Origin: Octopus vulgaris
Lineage: Eukaryota
Length of the DNA stretch: 64,000 nucleotides
Direction of reading: 5' to 3'
Assembly: GCA_951406725.2 (NCBI GenBank)
Contig: OX597817.1
Coordinates: forward strand, 141,980,001-142,044,000
In this document: one piece after another, positions 1 to 12,530 of the stretch
Numbering within the stretch: the stretch's first letter is position 1
How the letters are laid out: the number at the start of each line of letters is the position of its first letter
Translations under genes and position numbers: made by a program
The notes under the pieces: model-generated
Seen by the model: the letters and a program-made list of their open reading frames with translations, nothing else
Told to the model about the DNA's origin: nothing
Databases searched by the model: none

Positions 1-604
1 AAATCAATAAATAAGCAGATAATTTCCGTTTTAGTTCTGTCATTAGTCTTCTATAGTGATTCTGATATACAACACTGCTCGATGGCTATAAAACAGCATT
101 ATATTTTCCAATAGCACCAATTTACAATTAGCAGAATTAAGTCGAAATCCTCATTGAAACTTAAGTGATTTCTGTATTTTTTTCTAAATGCACTGAAGTC
201 ATAAAATTCATGCGATTTCAAATCTTTTCTTTAATACATTTTAGGTTGCCGATTCCGATAAAGAACCAAAACAAAACAGAACAAAAGAACAGAAAAAACA
301 TAATTAGTCAATGACATATCACTTAATTAAAGTGCATAAAATTTGCTTGAAACAAGTTTATGAAAATTTAATCAAATGAAAATACCATCGTACATACGGA
401 AATAATCCAGCTATGACACATACATCAATAAAGGCTCGTTAAAGATGGGTTGACAAGATACGTTATGTGATGACTTTAGGTTCGGTGAATTGCAATGGCA
501 GGGAGTACACGTGTTTTTACAGCATTAATTGTCAAGAAAGAGGAAACGATTCAATTGTCCACAAAATACACATCACTGATTTCAGATCATAGAAAGTGCG
601 ATTT

Positions 605-1115
605 CCGTAAATCCTCGTGTATAATCCGCATTTTCCCTCGAAATTTAAAGGTGAAAATCCCTAGTGCGTACTATAAACGAGGTTAAAAATGAAAAATATT
701 TTCTAAGCAATGTCCGAGTCTCTATTTGCTGTCCGGCAATGTTTATTCAGACACATTTTGTGATGCCGGGCGCGAAAATACCTTAAGCTAAGCCTAAAAG
801 CAATGAAGTCATAAAAGAATCATCCATAACTTGCAGTAAGCAACATTTATTAAACGTTATTACTGTTATTTCTTTATTTTATGCAAACAAAATGCACAAA
901 AAAGCTACACGTTTGCATTATGTTATATATACAATAATAATAAAGGACGTTAACGTATACATTTTTACAAACCAAGGACGTTATATAGTCTTCCTTGACT
1001 CAAGTTAGATAAGGGGTGCGTATTATACACAAGGTTTAAGTTTTTCAGAGGTACAGCCCCCTAAAAATCCCTTGCATATTATACTCAAGGGCGGACTATA
1101 CTCGAGGATTTACGG
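605..1115. mobile_element. Non-autonomous Tc1/mariner-pogo-type DNA transposon (MITE), ~510 bp
   Basis: Terminal inverted repeats CCGTAAATCCTCGTGTATAATCCGC (605-629) and GCGGACTATACTCGAGGATTTACGG (1091-1115); TA follows the right end; subterminal GTGCGTA-TATA-AC-AGG repeats; no ORF. Confidence 0.75.
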
Positions 1116-1253
1116 TATTCAAGACAATAAGTTTTGATAAAATCCTAGTTGTTACATCTTTTATTCGTTTCAGTCATTTTAATGTGGCCATACTGGGGCA
1201 CAACTTTGAGGAATTTTTAGTTGAATGTATCAACAACATTACATTTTTAAGTG

Positions 1254-1561
1254 TGGAGGCACATGGCCTAGTGGATAGAGCAGCGGACTCGCGGTCGAGG
1301 GATCGCGGGTTCAAATCTCAGACCGGGCGATGTGTTTATTTATGAGCGAAACACCTAAGCTACACTCGGCTCCGGCAGAAAGTAGTGGCGAATTTCTGCT
1401 GACTCTTTCGCCACAACTTTCCCTCACTCTTTCCTCCTGCATCTTGCAGCTCACCTACGACGAACTGGCGTCTCGTTCAGGTGGGGAACCTATACGCCAA
1501 AGAAATCGGTAAACCGGCCCTTATGAGCAAGGGATGGATCGAGAAGGAACAAACAAACAAA
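1254..1561 (+). mobile_element. tRNA-derived SINE inserted into an older SINE
   Basis: A box TGGCCTAGTGG, B box GGTTCAAATCT, (AAAC)n tail; flanked by target duplication ACATTT(T/A)TAAGT at 1241-1252 and 1562-1573; host SINE fragments at ~1160-1240 and 1575-1690. Confidence 0.8.
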
Positions 1562-1987
1562 ACATTTATAAGTATTTTACTTCTATCAGTTTCTTGCCGA
1601 ACTGTTAGATTATGGGCACGTAACCACAACAATACTGGTTGTGGGACAAACAGACACAACACTCATACACTCACATACACACCAGATACATATACACACA
1701 TAAACAATTATGTGTGTGTGTGTGTGAGTGTGTGTCCTACCAGTTGGATCGGCTTGAAGATTCGGTCTTGCGATTATTTCCTTCGAAATTTTGATCAGAC
1801 GTCCATAGTATTGGACTCTGACCTCTCAATGGGGAAAAACAGCAAATACCAAAATTTAGAATTGAAATGACAACTGAATCTTTGAAAGTTCTTTTATTCG
1901 TTTTTCTTGTGTTGTTTTATATTTTTCCTTTACAAAATCATACACGAAACAAATGACTAAATATGTCATATTTCACAGCAGTATAGC

Positions 1988-2367
1988 GTGGCACTCCGAC
2001 GGTTACGACGACGATGGTTCCAGTTGATCCAATCAACGGAACAGCCTGCTCGTGGTATTAACTTGCAAGTGGCTAAGCACTTCACAGACACGTGTACCAT
2101 TAACGTAGTTTTCGGGGAGATTCAGCGTGACTCAGAGTGTGACAAGACTGGTCCTTTGAAATACAGGTACAACAGAAACAGGAACAAAGAATAAGAGAAA
2201 GTTGTGGTAAAAGGTTACAGCAGGGTTCGCTACCAACCCTGCCTGCACCTCGTGGAGCTTTAGGTGTTTTTGCTCAATAAACACTTATAACGTCCGGTCT
2301 GTGAATCGAAACCGCGATCCAATGACCGCGAGTCCGCTGCCTTAACCACTGAGCCATTACGACTCCC
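1988..2367 (-). mobile_element. tRNA-derived SINE, full length (family B)
   Basis: Reverse strand starts GGAGTCGTAATGGCTCAGTGGTTAAGGCAGCGGACTCGCGG...GGTTTCGATTC (A and B boxes); body matches copies at 18797, 22711, 5690 and 51812. Confidence 0.85.
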
Positions 2368-2477
2368 CACATATATGAATATGTAACGATGGAAACTAAG
2401 CATGGAATGAAGACTATTTCCGTACATTGCAAATTATGCTACAACAGACCAATATGTGTGAATGTGTGTATCTATAC

Positions 2478-2522
<45 letters not shown>

Positions 2523-2563
2523 GTCACACACAAATATATATATATATATATCTATATGTATGC

Positions 2564-2596
<33 letters not shown>

Positions 2597-2620
2597 TATG
2601 TATATATATATATATATATA

Positions 2621-2837
2621 TCACCGTGATCACCGTGACCGACCAGGCTATCAGATGTTGCTACATCTCGCTGGTCACAATGCGCTTCGCATTGTTTTAG
2701 CCTTCAAATGACGCCACCCCGCTGGCTAAGCGAGCAGGCCAACAGAAGAAAGAGAGAAAGTTGTGGCGAAAGAGTACAGCAGGGATCGCCATCACCCCCT
2801 ACCGGAGCCTCGTGGAGCTTTAGGTGTTTCCGCTCAA
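2621..2837 (-). mobile_element. 5'-truncated SINE with family-B body and RTE-like 3' tail
   Basis: Body shared with 2190-2280; tail TGACCGACCAG...GGTCACA is homologous to the RTE LINE end at 23634-23700; abuts (TA)n. Confidence 0.7.
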
Positions 2838-3637
2838 AGAAATTTGCTGGACTTAAACTTTGGTCTGTGTACTATCGTTCCCTTCGCATAAAAGTCATAT
2901 TATTTTCAAAATATACTCCAAATGGCATATGTCGCGCAAAATTGTCAATTACAGGAACACATTCCTCTTTGGGGATTTCCCTGATTTGTACACACTCACA
3001 AACTTATATAAGCTTAGGCTTAGATATGCTTCAACCCTAAATTGGCTCAAGCCATGTCTAACTTAATAGCACTACAAGGTAGAATGTTAGGTCATTTTTA
3101 ATACTTGTTTTGTAGTATCATCTACCATTCAAGTAGCGAGTGTATATGTAGATATACACACATATGTCTACACATAAATTCAAGTATGCATGCATAAATA
3201 CACAAGTAAATGTATGTAGGCGTGTATATATTCAAAAATAGAATTAGTAAAATAGAATATCGTATCCCGACAGGATCAATAAAATGAGTTACCAATCATA
3301 TATGGATGCCGATTCAATCCATAAAATCTTCTCTCTGCAACTGAAGGATATATGACATATTCAGAAATCGATATTGCATCACTGAAATAGTAAGATCTAT
3401 CTATATTTCAGAATTATCAGCATAAATCTAAAATTTGGAGAATAGTTGAGAATAATTTAAATTTATTCCACTTATGACAGCTGAAATTTCTCTCATTTAA
3501 CTTTTAAATTGCATCACACAGTTTAATAATAAATCAAAATGTATTCGCTTTTGTTTTTCTTCTTTGTAATGTAGTATAATTGCTTTGGAAATTGACAGAT
3601 ATCTCCTCTTGCCATACACTGCTTTACATACGTAATT

Positions 3638-4062
3638 ATGGTTTCAAATTTCGGTACGTGGCCAGCAATTTTACTGGCGTGACGATACGTTTACATCGGC
3701 CCAAATCATTAGCTGGTACTTATTTTATCGGCATAGTGGATCTGGACGGAATTTGAATTCAGAACTTAAAAACACGAAAGAGGAATTCCTAAGCCTTCTG
3801 TTTGGCGTGGAATAGATTGGGTCAGTTTGTTGCTTCTACTTACGGAATAATACTTTCATATTTTGGCACAAGATCGGCAATTTTAGGGAATGAGGTACGT
3901 CGCTTACATTGATTTAGTGCTTCATTGATATCTATTGAAACGAGCACGGAAGGCTAAGAAGCAAAGTCGACCTTAAATGAATTTAAATCCAGAAGGCCAT
4001 GGGTTGTAAGAAATATCGCTTAGCATTTTGTCCGACGAGCTAACGATTCTGACAGCTTGCTG
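3638..4062 (-). mobile_element. Two degenerate family-C SINE fragments
   Basis: Diverged CTGGTACTTATTTTATCG, GCAAAGTCGACCT and GGAATTTGAA.TCAGAAC motifs shared with the intact copies at 16287 and 30390. Confidence 0.6.
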
Positions 4063-4625
4063 ATTTTATTTGCAAAGTACAAATAAGTATTTCTCATGGC
4101 CACGAACGAAATTTCGACCAGGGAAGTTTTTTTTTTTTGATTTTCAAAATACATCAATTAACCCTCTAATTCACAATGATATATTCAACAAATGTTTTCC
4201 TGAATAATTGAAAATAATTAATAAGGTTTTTTTTTTCTATGTCACTTTATTTAGATAATTTCGCTAGAATAGGTTTTCTAGGATGCAAAGAAATAAATAA
4301 GTCAATAATTTGCTTGAAATCAATAATATTCTCACAGTAAATGAGAGTTATACGGATGGAGGAGGGTTTTCTTCACTCAGAAATGTTCCTATATATCTCT
4401 ACTGTATATGAAGTAGCTTTATGATCACATAAAGTGTTCACATTCACACAATGGAAGAAGCAGACGACCACCGACAGAAACATTGAAACCGCACATTTTA
4501 ATAGCACTTACAGGTGTGAACAGAACATCTCCTGCCTTGAATGTCATTATTCAATATATAAATAATCTTCAATACTATAATAAAGAAAATTGCCAGAATG
4601 TCTGTCTATATAAGTATGTGTATGT

Positions 4626-4678
<53 letters not shown>

Positions 4679-5115
4679 ATTGTTCCCAAGTAATGTAGGT
4701 GTCTCTTCACTGCCCATTAATGATTGAACCAAAAGTTTATATATAAATGGGTAGATGCAGAAGAACATTTAAGATACTTTGAAAAATCAGAAGTGCATAT
4801 AGCGAGTGATATATATATTTGTTACATCTCACCTGTTGATGTATATAATATCACGTTTAGTATACAGATATTTCTGGCTACATGCTTCTATAAATTAAAA
4901 CAGTCAAAGTTTCTTTCGTCATAAATCTTCTCTGCGTTAAGTCGGAACATTTCGTGTGATTTCCTTGCGGAGAAACAGAGAGAAAATTTATGAAAGCTAT
5001 TTGCACGGAAAAGCACAGGATTACATGCATTTGTGTGTGGAAGTGGACGTGGGTGGGGAGCGTATCGGAGTATTACACACACACTCACACACATATATAT
5101 ATATATATATCAATT

Positions 5116-5192
<77 letters not shown>

Positions 5193-5219
5193 AAATGTAT
5201 ATATATATATGTATAAATG

Positions 5220-5268
<49 letters not shown>

Positions 5269-5689
5269 AAAGGACACGGAAGAACGGAAGATATATATAT
5301 ATATATATATCAGAAAGTAAGTAATCACTACAATTTTTATTTTAGATTTTTTTAAAGTTTAGAATGAGGCACCCGCAACTTTAACTTCAGTAAATATTTC
5401 TATCCGGTGTATCTTACAGTTTCTTCATTCTCAATTTTTTATTCTTGTTGTTCTAAGTTATCTGAAAAACAAATATATTACCAGATATATTAAATTTTAT
5501 GTCAAAATCGGAGCGCAACAATAAATCATTTTCTTTTTTAGAAATAATGTTACTAAACGCAGTTATATAACCTAGTAGAGAAAAACGCAGACCCTTTACA
5601 GTTTGCAAAAGTTTATTTTTGTTAAGTATATATTATAGCACTTTGATTTATTAAAACATTTCTAGGCTCATAGGAGTGTAAAAAGAAAC

Positions 5690-6245
5690 CGGCACTCCGT
5701 CGGTTACGACGAGTTGGGCTCCAGTTGATCCGATCAACAGAAAAGTTTGTTCGTGAATTTAACGCGCGAGTGGCTGAGCAAACCACAAACACGCACATTC
5801 TTAACCATGGACCTGGGAACAGGGGTTGCGCTAGTATTTTTGTGAGGTGCAAGATCAAGATTTGCACTCCTACTTACTTTTCTCAGGATTCGAAAACAGT
5901 GAATAAAAAGTGATCTATTAAAAGTAGCTCGAAGTTAGATTTCTTCTCAAAGAACAAAAATAAAAAAAAACAAGTTCCTTGTTTCTAAAAACTGTTAGAC
6001 CTGGGATTGCACCCCCTAAGTAAATTTCCTTCCTAGCCAGTGTCCTTAACGTAGTCGTCAGTCAGATTCAGCGTGACACAGACTGTAACAAGGTTAATCT
6101 TTTCAGTTATAGATACAACTCAATTTGCTAGCGAGTAGACTGGAAGAACTCGAAAGTGTCTTGTTCAAAGTTCCAACGCCCCGCCAGAAATTGAACTTAC
6201 GGCCTTAGGACTTTGAGCCAAATGCCCTAACCACTAAGCCACGTG
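5690..6245 (-). mobile_element. SINE (family-B tail, CORE-like head) interrupted by a MITE
   Basis: 5690-5805 and 6043-6245 are collinear with the SINEs at 1988 and 51812. Confidence 0.65.
5806..6042. mobile_element. hAT-like MITE, 237 bp
   Basis: Starts CA and ends TG; imperfect TIRs with GGGG(T)TGC / GCACCCCC; 8-bp target duplication TTCTTAAC (5798-5805) / TCCTTAAC (6043-6050). Confidence 0.6.
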
Positions 6246-6544
6246 TCTTCACAATTGGCGTGAAGTGATTTTTCACTAAGATTATGAAGATGACATGGAG
6301 GATGATTATTAGAAGTAGATGAAGATGGAAGCGCCTCAATTTGACCGCAGCAAACCGTGGCTTAGAACGAAAAATTGGAGGTTCTGTCTTAAAGGAGGAA
6401 GACTGTAATTACATCTATAAGTGTTTAGTGGTTGCAACGTTTTTCAACTACACTGTAAATGTGGTGATTTCTGAGAATTATTCTTAGAGCTTCGGAGAGG
6501 AACTTGCCCCTGGCCGTGTGCTACGACTCAAACAATTGCTCAGC

Positions 6545-6850
6545 CTAGGTGTGGCTGAGTAGTAAGGAGTTTGCTACCTAACCACATGATCCTGTGTTCA
6601 ACCCCACTGCCTTACATATTGGGCAAGTTTTTCTACTACAGCTTCGAGCTGATCTAATCCTTGTGAATGGATCTGGTAGGCGTGATGTGTGTTTGTGCGT
6701 GTATGTGTGGGTGTCTCCCACCACCATGTACAAGCGGGTGGTATGTTTACGTCCCCGTAAATTAGCATTTCATCAAAAACGAGATCGTTAGAATAAGTAC
6801 CAGGCTTAACAGCAGAAGTACTGAGGACGTATCATTTGATTCTAAATTCT
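6545..6850 (+). mobile_element. Degenerate family-A SINE
   Basis: GTGGCTGAGTAGTAAG head, GGGCAAGT CORE-like motif, GTTTACGTCCCCGTAA, GAATAAGTAC. Confidence 0.7.
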
Positions 6851-7058
6851 ACTCGCCCTCTTTATCGCTTTTAACATTCCCTGAGTTATACGTTGTCATT
6901 CTCCATTTTTTAAACGAACGGAGTAACTAGTATCGCCCAAGTATTGGCTACATATTACACATATTTAGTTTAGTCTCGAACACTAGCGCCTTAAACCTTA
7001 CATCGTCCTCTTCAAGAACCTTCCCTCGCATTCCTCATTTCATTACATTCATCATCTT

Positions 7059-7260
7059 AAGGCGGCGATCTGGCAGAACTGTTAGCACTCCGGGCTTACT
7101 GCCGTCTGTCTTTACATTCTGAGTTCAAACACAGCCGAGGTCGACTTTGCCTTTCATCTTTTCGGGGCCGATAAATTAAGTATCAGTTGCGTACTGGGGT
7201 TGATGTAATCGACTGGCTCCTCCCTCAAAATGTTGGGCCTTGCGCCTAGAGTAGAAAAGA
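7059..7260 (+). mobile_element. Family-C SINE monomer
   Basis: AAGGCGGCGATCTGGCAGAA head, GAGTTCAAA B box, GCCGAGGTCGACTTTGCCTTTCATC core, GCCTAGAGTAGAAAAGA tail. Confidence 0.8.
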
Positions 7261-8217
7261 ATTTGATGGCACGATATCATAAGAATGCGGCAGTCATAGT
7301 AGAACTTCCCAAATGAGGCTTGAATAGTATTTTTTGTCAAATTTATGATGTGGGAAATTTATTCGATAGTTAAGCTCCAAAACCTAGACACGCCGAAGTA
7401 CTGGGGTCAATGTAAACGACTATCCTGCTTCCCCAAAATTTCAGGCCTTGTGCCTATAGTAGAAGGGATTATTTTAACCATCCTGTGACATCGCTAGTAC
7501 TTGTAACCCCTGTTTTCATTTTTTTCAGTGATCTGGTTATATTGTTTCGTAGCAGTTTTATCCTATCAGGTTTGTATGCTTCGATTCCTTTAAAATCAAT
7601 AAATCAAAGTTATTCCCTCCAAACTATGTACTAATAGCCTTATCATTTGCATAATTAAATCAAAATATGTTGCTTTTTTCCCCACTTTGGTATGGTTTGA
7701 ATATCTTGTACTCATATTAGATTATTATTTTCTCGCCTTTCTTTGCAAGCATGTCTGGATTCTCACCGCACGCTAGTCAAATAATCGAATGACGAATAAT
7801 AACAAATACTGAAAGCCTTCATGAAGTATTTTCATTCACGATTTTCTCATTTTTCCATGACTCACTTCAGCACTTTATTTCTACTTCGTACAAGTGAACT
7901 GCTTTGTGTTTTCTCTCCAAAATAACTTGTACATCTTCCTATGGACGCTAAGTGCCTTCACACTAAACAAAGCCACTAATTGAGCCACACAATTGGGACA
8001 TGATTTCTAGTAAACCAGCCAACCAACTGCTAAGTTCCCTTTTAATTTCAAGTCACATGGTATCTTTCTATAGCTATACAACAGATTAGCGTTGCGCCTT
8101 GATTTTTTTCTGCGCCTCTTCTATTTTATTTCTAGGAGTTTCTCATTCTCCAGAAAGTTATATAATCCATCTGCTACAACAAAAGTCTGGAATTTCCAAA
8201 TTGTAAGAATATAATAT

Positions 8218-8612
8218 ACTCTTTTATTTGTTTCAATCATGTAAATGTGGCCATGTTCGAGCACCGCCTTTAGTCGAGCAAATCGACCCCAGGACTTATT
8301 CTTTGTAAGCCTAGTACTTATTTTATCGGTCTCTTTTGCCGAAACGCTAAGTTAAGGGGACATAAACACACCAACATCGGTTGTCAAGCGATGCTAGGGC
8401 GACAAACACAGAGACACAAGCATATATATACACACATATATGTACATATATACGACGGGCTTCTTTCAGTTTTCGTCTACCAAATCTATTCACAAAGCTT
8501 TGGTCGGCCAGAGGCTATAGTAGAAGACACTTGCCCAAGGTGCCACGCTGTAGGACTGAACCCGGAACCATGTGGTTGGTAAGCAAGGTACTTACCACAC
8601 AGCCACTCCTAC
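8218..8612 (-). mobile_element. Family-A SINE (tRNA head, CORE-like domain, internal microsatellite)
   Basis: Close match to copies at 33835, 38095, 46940 and 59205. Confidence 0.85.
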
Positions 8613-9376
8613 CTTTCCTTTTTTTCCATCCATTTGTATCAACGCTGACCTCCTTTTTTTTGTTATCTTCATTAGCGTGTCTATAGCACAAGTAAAAATC
8701 TGTTGTGCATCCTTGTGAAGATTTTAAAATATTTCCTGAACACTGATACCGACAGTGATACTAAAGGTCGTCACATGTTCGGAATTATCTCCACAGGTAA
8801 GAAATTTCTGCATTACGTAACTGTTTTATCGTGAGAATCGCCTCCACCACCAACATTTAACAAAATGGACCAGGTGTAGTCTTCTATGTAGAGGTTATGG
8901 GGAAGAGATTGTGTGGTGGACGAGATTGCAAAGATTGAGAACGTACACCTTAGTTTTTATTCAAGTCCTTCTATTTCTTTCAAGTTCCACTTAGAAAGGA
9001 GATTGAGGGTGAAGGTCGAAGGTCGAAGTCTTCCCCAACGAATTTGTCAAAAGGTGGGTAATGTTCCAAAAATGACCAGGGCGAATGGAACCACTCCAAG
9101 CATGCTACTGCAGAATAAAGAGTAACAGTTGCGCAGCAGTAGTTAGTTCCTTTGCAGCAGTGAGTATCCTAGAAGCGGGCTTCCATGACATGCTTTTGGT
9201 AACAGCTCCCCATTATCAGGAAGACTACATCATCAAAGAATTCACAGACTTTATACATCTCACTTCATTCTTATCTTTTTCTCCCCTTCACTTTTACCCT
9301 CTTTGTTATGCAAACTCTTACACAAATTGTAGAATCTCCTTATAATATTACCCTCTATGGCAAATAACAGAAAAAA

Positions 9377-9809
9377 TTCTTCTTCTTCTTCTTCTTCTTC
9401 TTCTCCTCCTCCTCCTTCTCATCTCCTCCTCCTCCTTCTTCTTCTTCACCTTCTTCTTCTTCTTCACCTTCTTCTTCTCCTCCTCCTCCTTCTTCTTTTT
9501 CTTTTTCTTCTTCTTCTACTCCTCCTCCTCCTCCTCCTCCTCCTCCTTCTTCTACTCCTCCTCCTCCTCCTCCTCCTTCTTCTCCTCCTCCTCCTTCTTC
9601 TTCTTCTTCTTCTTCTACTCCTCCTCCTCCTTCTTTTTCTTCTTCTACTCCTCCTCCTCCTTCTTCTTTTTCTTCTTCTTCTACTCCACCTCCTCCTTCT
9701 TCTTTTTCTTCTTCTACTCCTTCTTCTTCTTCTACTCCTCCTCCTCCTCCTCCTCCTTTTTCTTCTTCTCCCCCTCCTTCTCCTTCTCCTCCCCCCTCCT
9801 CCTCCTTCT
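9377..9809. repeat. Compound (CTT)n/(CTC)n polypyrimidine microsatellite, ~430 bp
   Basis: Directly visible; source of the poly-Leu ORF. Confidence 0.95.
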
Positions 9810-10029
9810 AAGTGTCGTTGTTTAGATTGTGAGCTGTCAAAACGGTTACTGCGCTGGGCAATATGCTTAGCGGCATTTCTTCTTTACGGACATTGTCATA
9901 TTGAATAAGAGAGACAAATACTGTCAGATCATTGTTGTAGCCATACCAAATGACATGGAAATCACCAAGTACTCCAAATTGAAAGTGAAAGTGGCAAGAC
10001 TGTATGGAATGCGTGGGGGTAATGTAAAA

Positions 10030-10250
10030 GTGATACAAATGTGATCAGAGCGTTGGGTTCAATCCCGTTGAAACTTCAAAACTTTTTAAGGCACCTGGAA
10101 AAAGCATGCAAAGTTGATGTCTTGCAAAAACCAGCCTTATTGGGTACAGCGCATATCTTAAGGAAAGTATTACCTGAGGTCGTTCTTGTGATTTGACAGA
10201 TGACTAAAGACACCGGTGCATTTTTACCTACACTGTGTTACGAAGGAATA
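10030..10250 (+). mobile_element. 3' relic of an R4/Dong-like (restriction-like endonuclease) non-LTR element
   Basis: Translates VIRALGSIP...LQKPALLGTAHILRKVL, the conserved C-terminus of this clade; followed by (TAA)n. Confidence 0.7.
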
Positions 10251-10357
10251 ATAATAATAATAATAATAATGATAAAGATGATCATGATGATGATCATGAT
10301 GATATCATCAATATTACTATTATATGGATATTATTACTACTACCACCACCACCACCA

Positions 10358-10396
<39 letters not shown>

Positions 10397-10420
10397 GTCA
10401 TCATAATTACCATCACCATT
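10248..10420. repeat. Compound trinucleotide microsatellite (TAA/TGA/CAC/CAT)
   Basis: Directly visible. Confidence 0.9.
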
Positions 10421-10983
10421 AGCATTACTTTTTCCCATGCTGTTCTTCCTCCTTTACATACATGTGACTGATATGCATCGCTTCACTAATATTCCGCGAA
10501 TCATAAGCGTCAGCTACGCTAACGAATATCTACGCGAGGATTCCACCAATTCATTTATCAAGCAAAGAAGGAAAAAGAAGGTATTGGCTAAAGAAGAGAT
10601 GGTCTGACAAAGTAGCCGGAAGACAGGGACTTTTATCAGGTGTTTCCTGTAAGAAAGACATCAAAGCTGGCAACGCTGTGATAATGAGGGCCATCAACCT
10701 TTGAAACATAACACATTCATAGCATTGCCACCAGTAAAGAAGCGAACATGAAAGTATTAGAAATATACATCGCTTTGAAATGCACAGCTAAACTGTGGAA
10801 AAAAATCTACAAAGTAAACACATGAAATCCTGCGTTGCAGTTCTATTTACTTTCGTTCTCCAAACACCAGTTTGTATTTTACCAGTAAATAATATACGTG
10901 TATGTATGTATTTATTTATGTATGTATGTATATATGTATATATGTATGTATGCATGTATCCTTTATCTGTACGCATATATATT

Positions 10984-11026
<43 letters not shown>

Positions 11027-11120
11027 CATCTACCTATGTATATATATATACACATTTTTATAAATACATATATACAAGCATATACATATGCATATAGGTT
11101 GGTATACTTAATTGTCCATT

Positions 11121-11151
<31 letters not shown>

Positions 11152-11189
11152 CCTTATATACACACATACATATTATATAGGCATATATG

Positions 11190-11221
<32 letters not shown>

Positions 11222-11271
11222 TATACACATATGTATGTATATATATATATATATGTATATGTGTGTGTGTG

Positions 11272-11317
<46 letters not shown>

Positions 11318-11611
11318 CACAAACACAGAGGATGGAAGGGGACGAGTAGTTTTCTTATCCATTACTGGCTGTTGTTGCAGCTGTTTTCATTCTTTTTCTT
11401 CTTCTTCTTCTTCTTCTTCTTCTTCCTATTCATATTTTCTTTCATCTATCTTTAACAGCATCCTTAAAAATACTATCAACTGTTTATCTTATCATCACCA
11501 GCTTCTTTAAAAATCTCTGAATGACGAACAGAAAACTAAATGTCGCAGACTAAATTCTTTAGATGTCTTTATTTCTACTTTATCTCCATCGTTTTGCAGT
11601 ATTTAGATATA

Positions 11612-11908
11612 TGCGTGGTGGAGGCGCATGGTTTTCTGATTAGGGTGTATGGCACACAACCATACGGTCATGAGTTCAATTCTTTAGTGGGTATTCGGCT
11701 CTTGATCGTAAGGACATGTGTTCAATTCCCGGCAACGCGTTGTGTCCTTCAGCAAGACATTTTATTTCACGTTGGTTCAGTTCACTCAGCTGGTAAAAAT
11801 GAGTAGTACCTGTATTTCAAAGGGCCAGCCTTATCACACCTTGTGTCACGTTAAATATCCCTGAGAACTACATTAAGGGTACACGTGTCTGCGGAGTGCT
11901 CAGCCACT
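11612..11908 (+). mobile_element. tRNA/CORE-like SINE with a partly duplicated head, 3'-truncated at (TA)n
   Basis: GGAGGCGCATGG head, two GTTCAATT B-box-like motifs, TGTGTCCTTCAGCAAGACATTT CORE-like motif, family-B tail. Confidence 0.7.
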
Positions 11909-12195
11909 TATATATACATATATATACATATAAATATATATACACACACACACATATATATAAAAATGGGGAGGCTGGTTTATGCGGTTACCCTGGGTTT
12001 CTCCCTCATAAGAGGTTTAACCTTAGGCATATCTTCAAACCCCAAACACTGTTGGTTTAAGACTCCTTCAAAATATGGAGGGGAAGTGCCGCACTAGTAA
12101 GGTAAACAGTAGGTGATTATCTCCCTTTGACATTGGCAATCGAGCTTCAGCTGCACCAAAGAATTTTTTTTCGTTCAAAATGTAGTTACACGTGG

Positions 12196-12494
12196 ATCAT
12201 TGGCGATTTTTTCCCCCTCCGTCTTTCTTTTCTCGTGAACTTTTCTCTGTCTCCTGTTTCTGAAGATGAACTTTCCTCGAAACGTAAAATTTAATTACTT
12301 TCCTTCCCTTATATATATATATAATTAATTCCCTCACCAAAAAAACGAGGACGTGGTGCAAGCAAAGTATTAACAAACGCTCAGGGAAGGAAAGAAAGTA
12401 AATTTTACGTTTCGAGGAAAGTTCATCTTCATAAACAGGAGACAGAGGAAAGTCCAAGAGAAAAGGAAAACGTGGGGGGAAAAAAAATCGCCAA

Positions 12495-12498
<4 letters not shown>
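12196..12498. mobile_element. Fold-back pair of a Penelope-like pLTR fragment with a minimal HHR motif
   Basis: 12196-12309 is the reverse complement of 12383-12498; CTGAAGA...GAAACGTA at 12260-12286; same family as 27125-27335. Confidence 0.65.

Positions 12499-12530
<32 letters not shown>

Noticed and set aside
1254-1330. tRNA gene-like sequences here and at 2295-2367, 18797-18870 and 45130-45206
   Set aside because: They run directly into SINE bodies and lack a complete acceptor stem; they are SINE heads, not tRNA genes
4700-4980. Possible GIY-YIG endonuclease relic on the minus strand
   Set aside because: Only vague similarity with multiple stops; cannot be supported by eye
8687-8801. 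Possible exon ending at CCACAG|GTAAG
   Set aside because: Only a splice-like motif and a short open frame; no recognisable protein or partner exons
9357-9908. 183-aa poly-Leu ORF
   Set aside because: Translation of a CTT/CTC microsatellite
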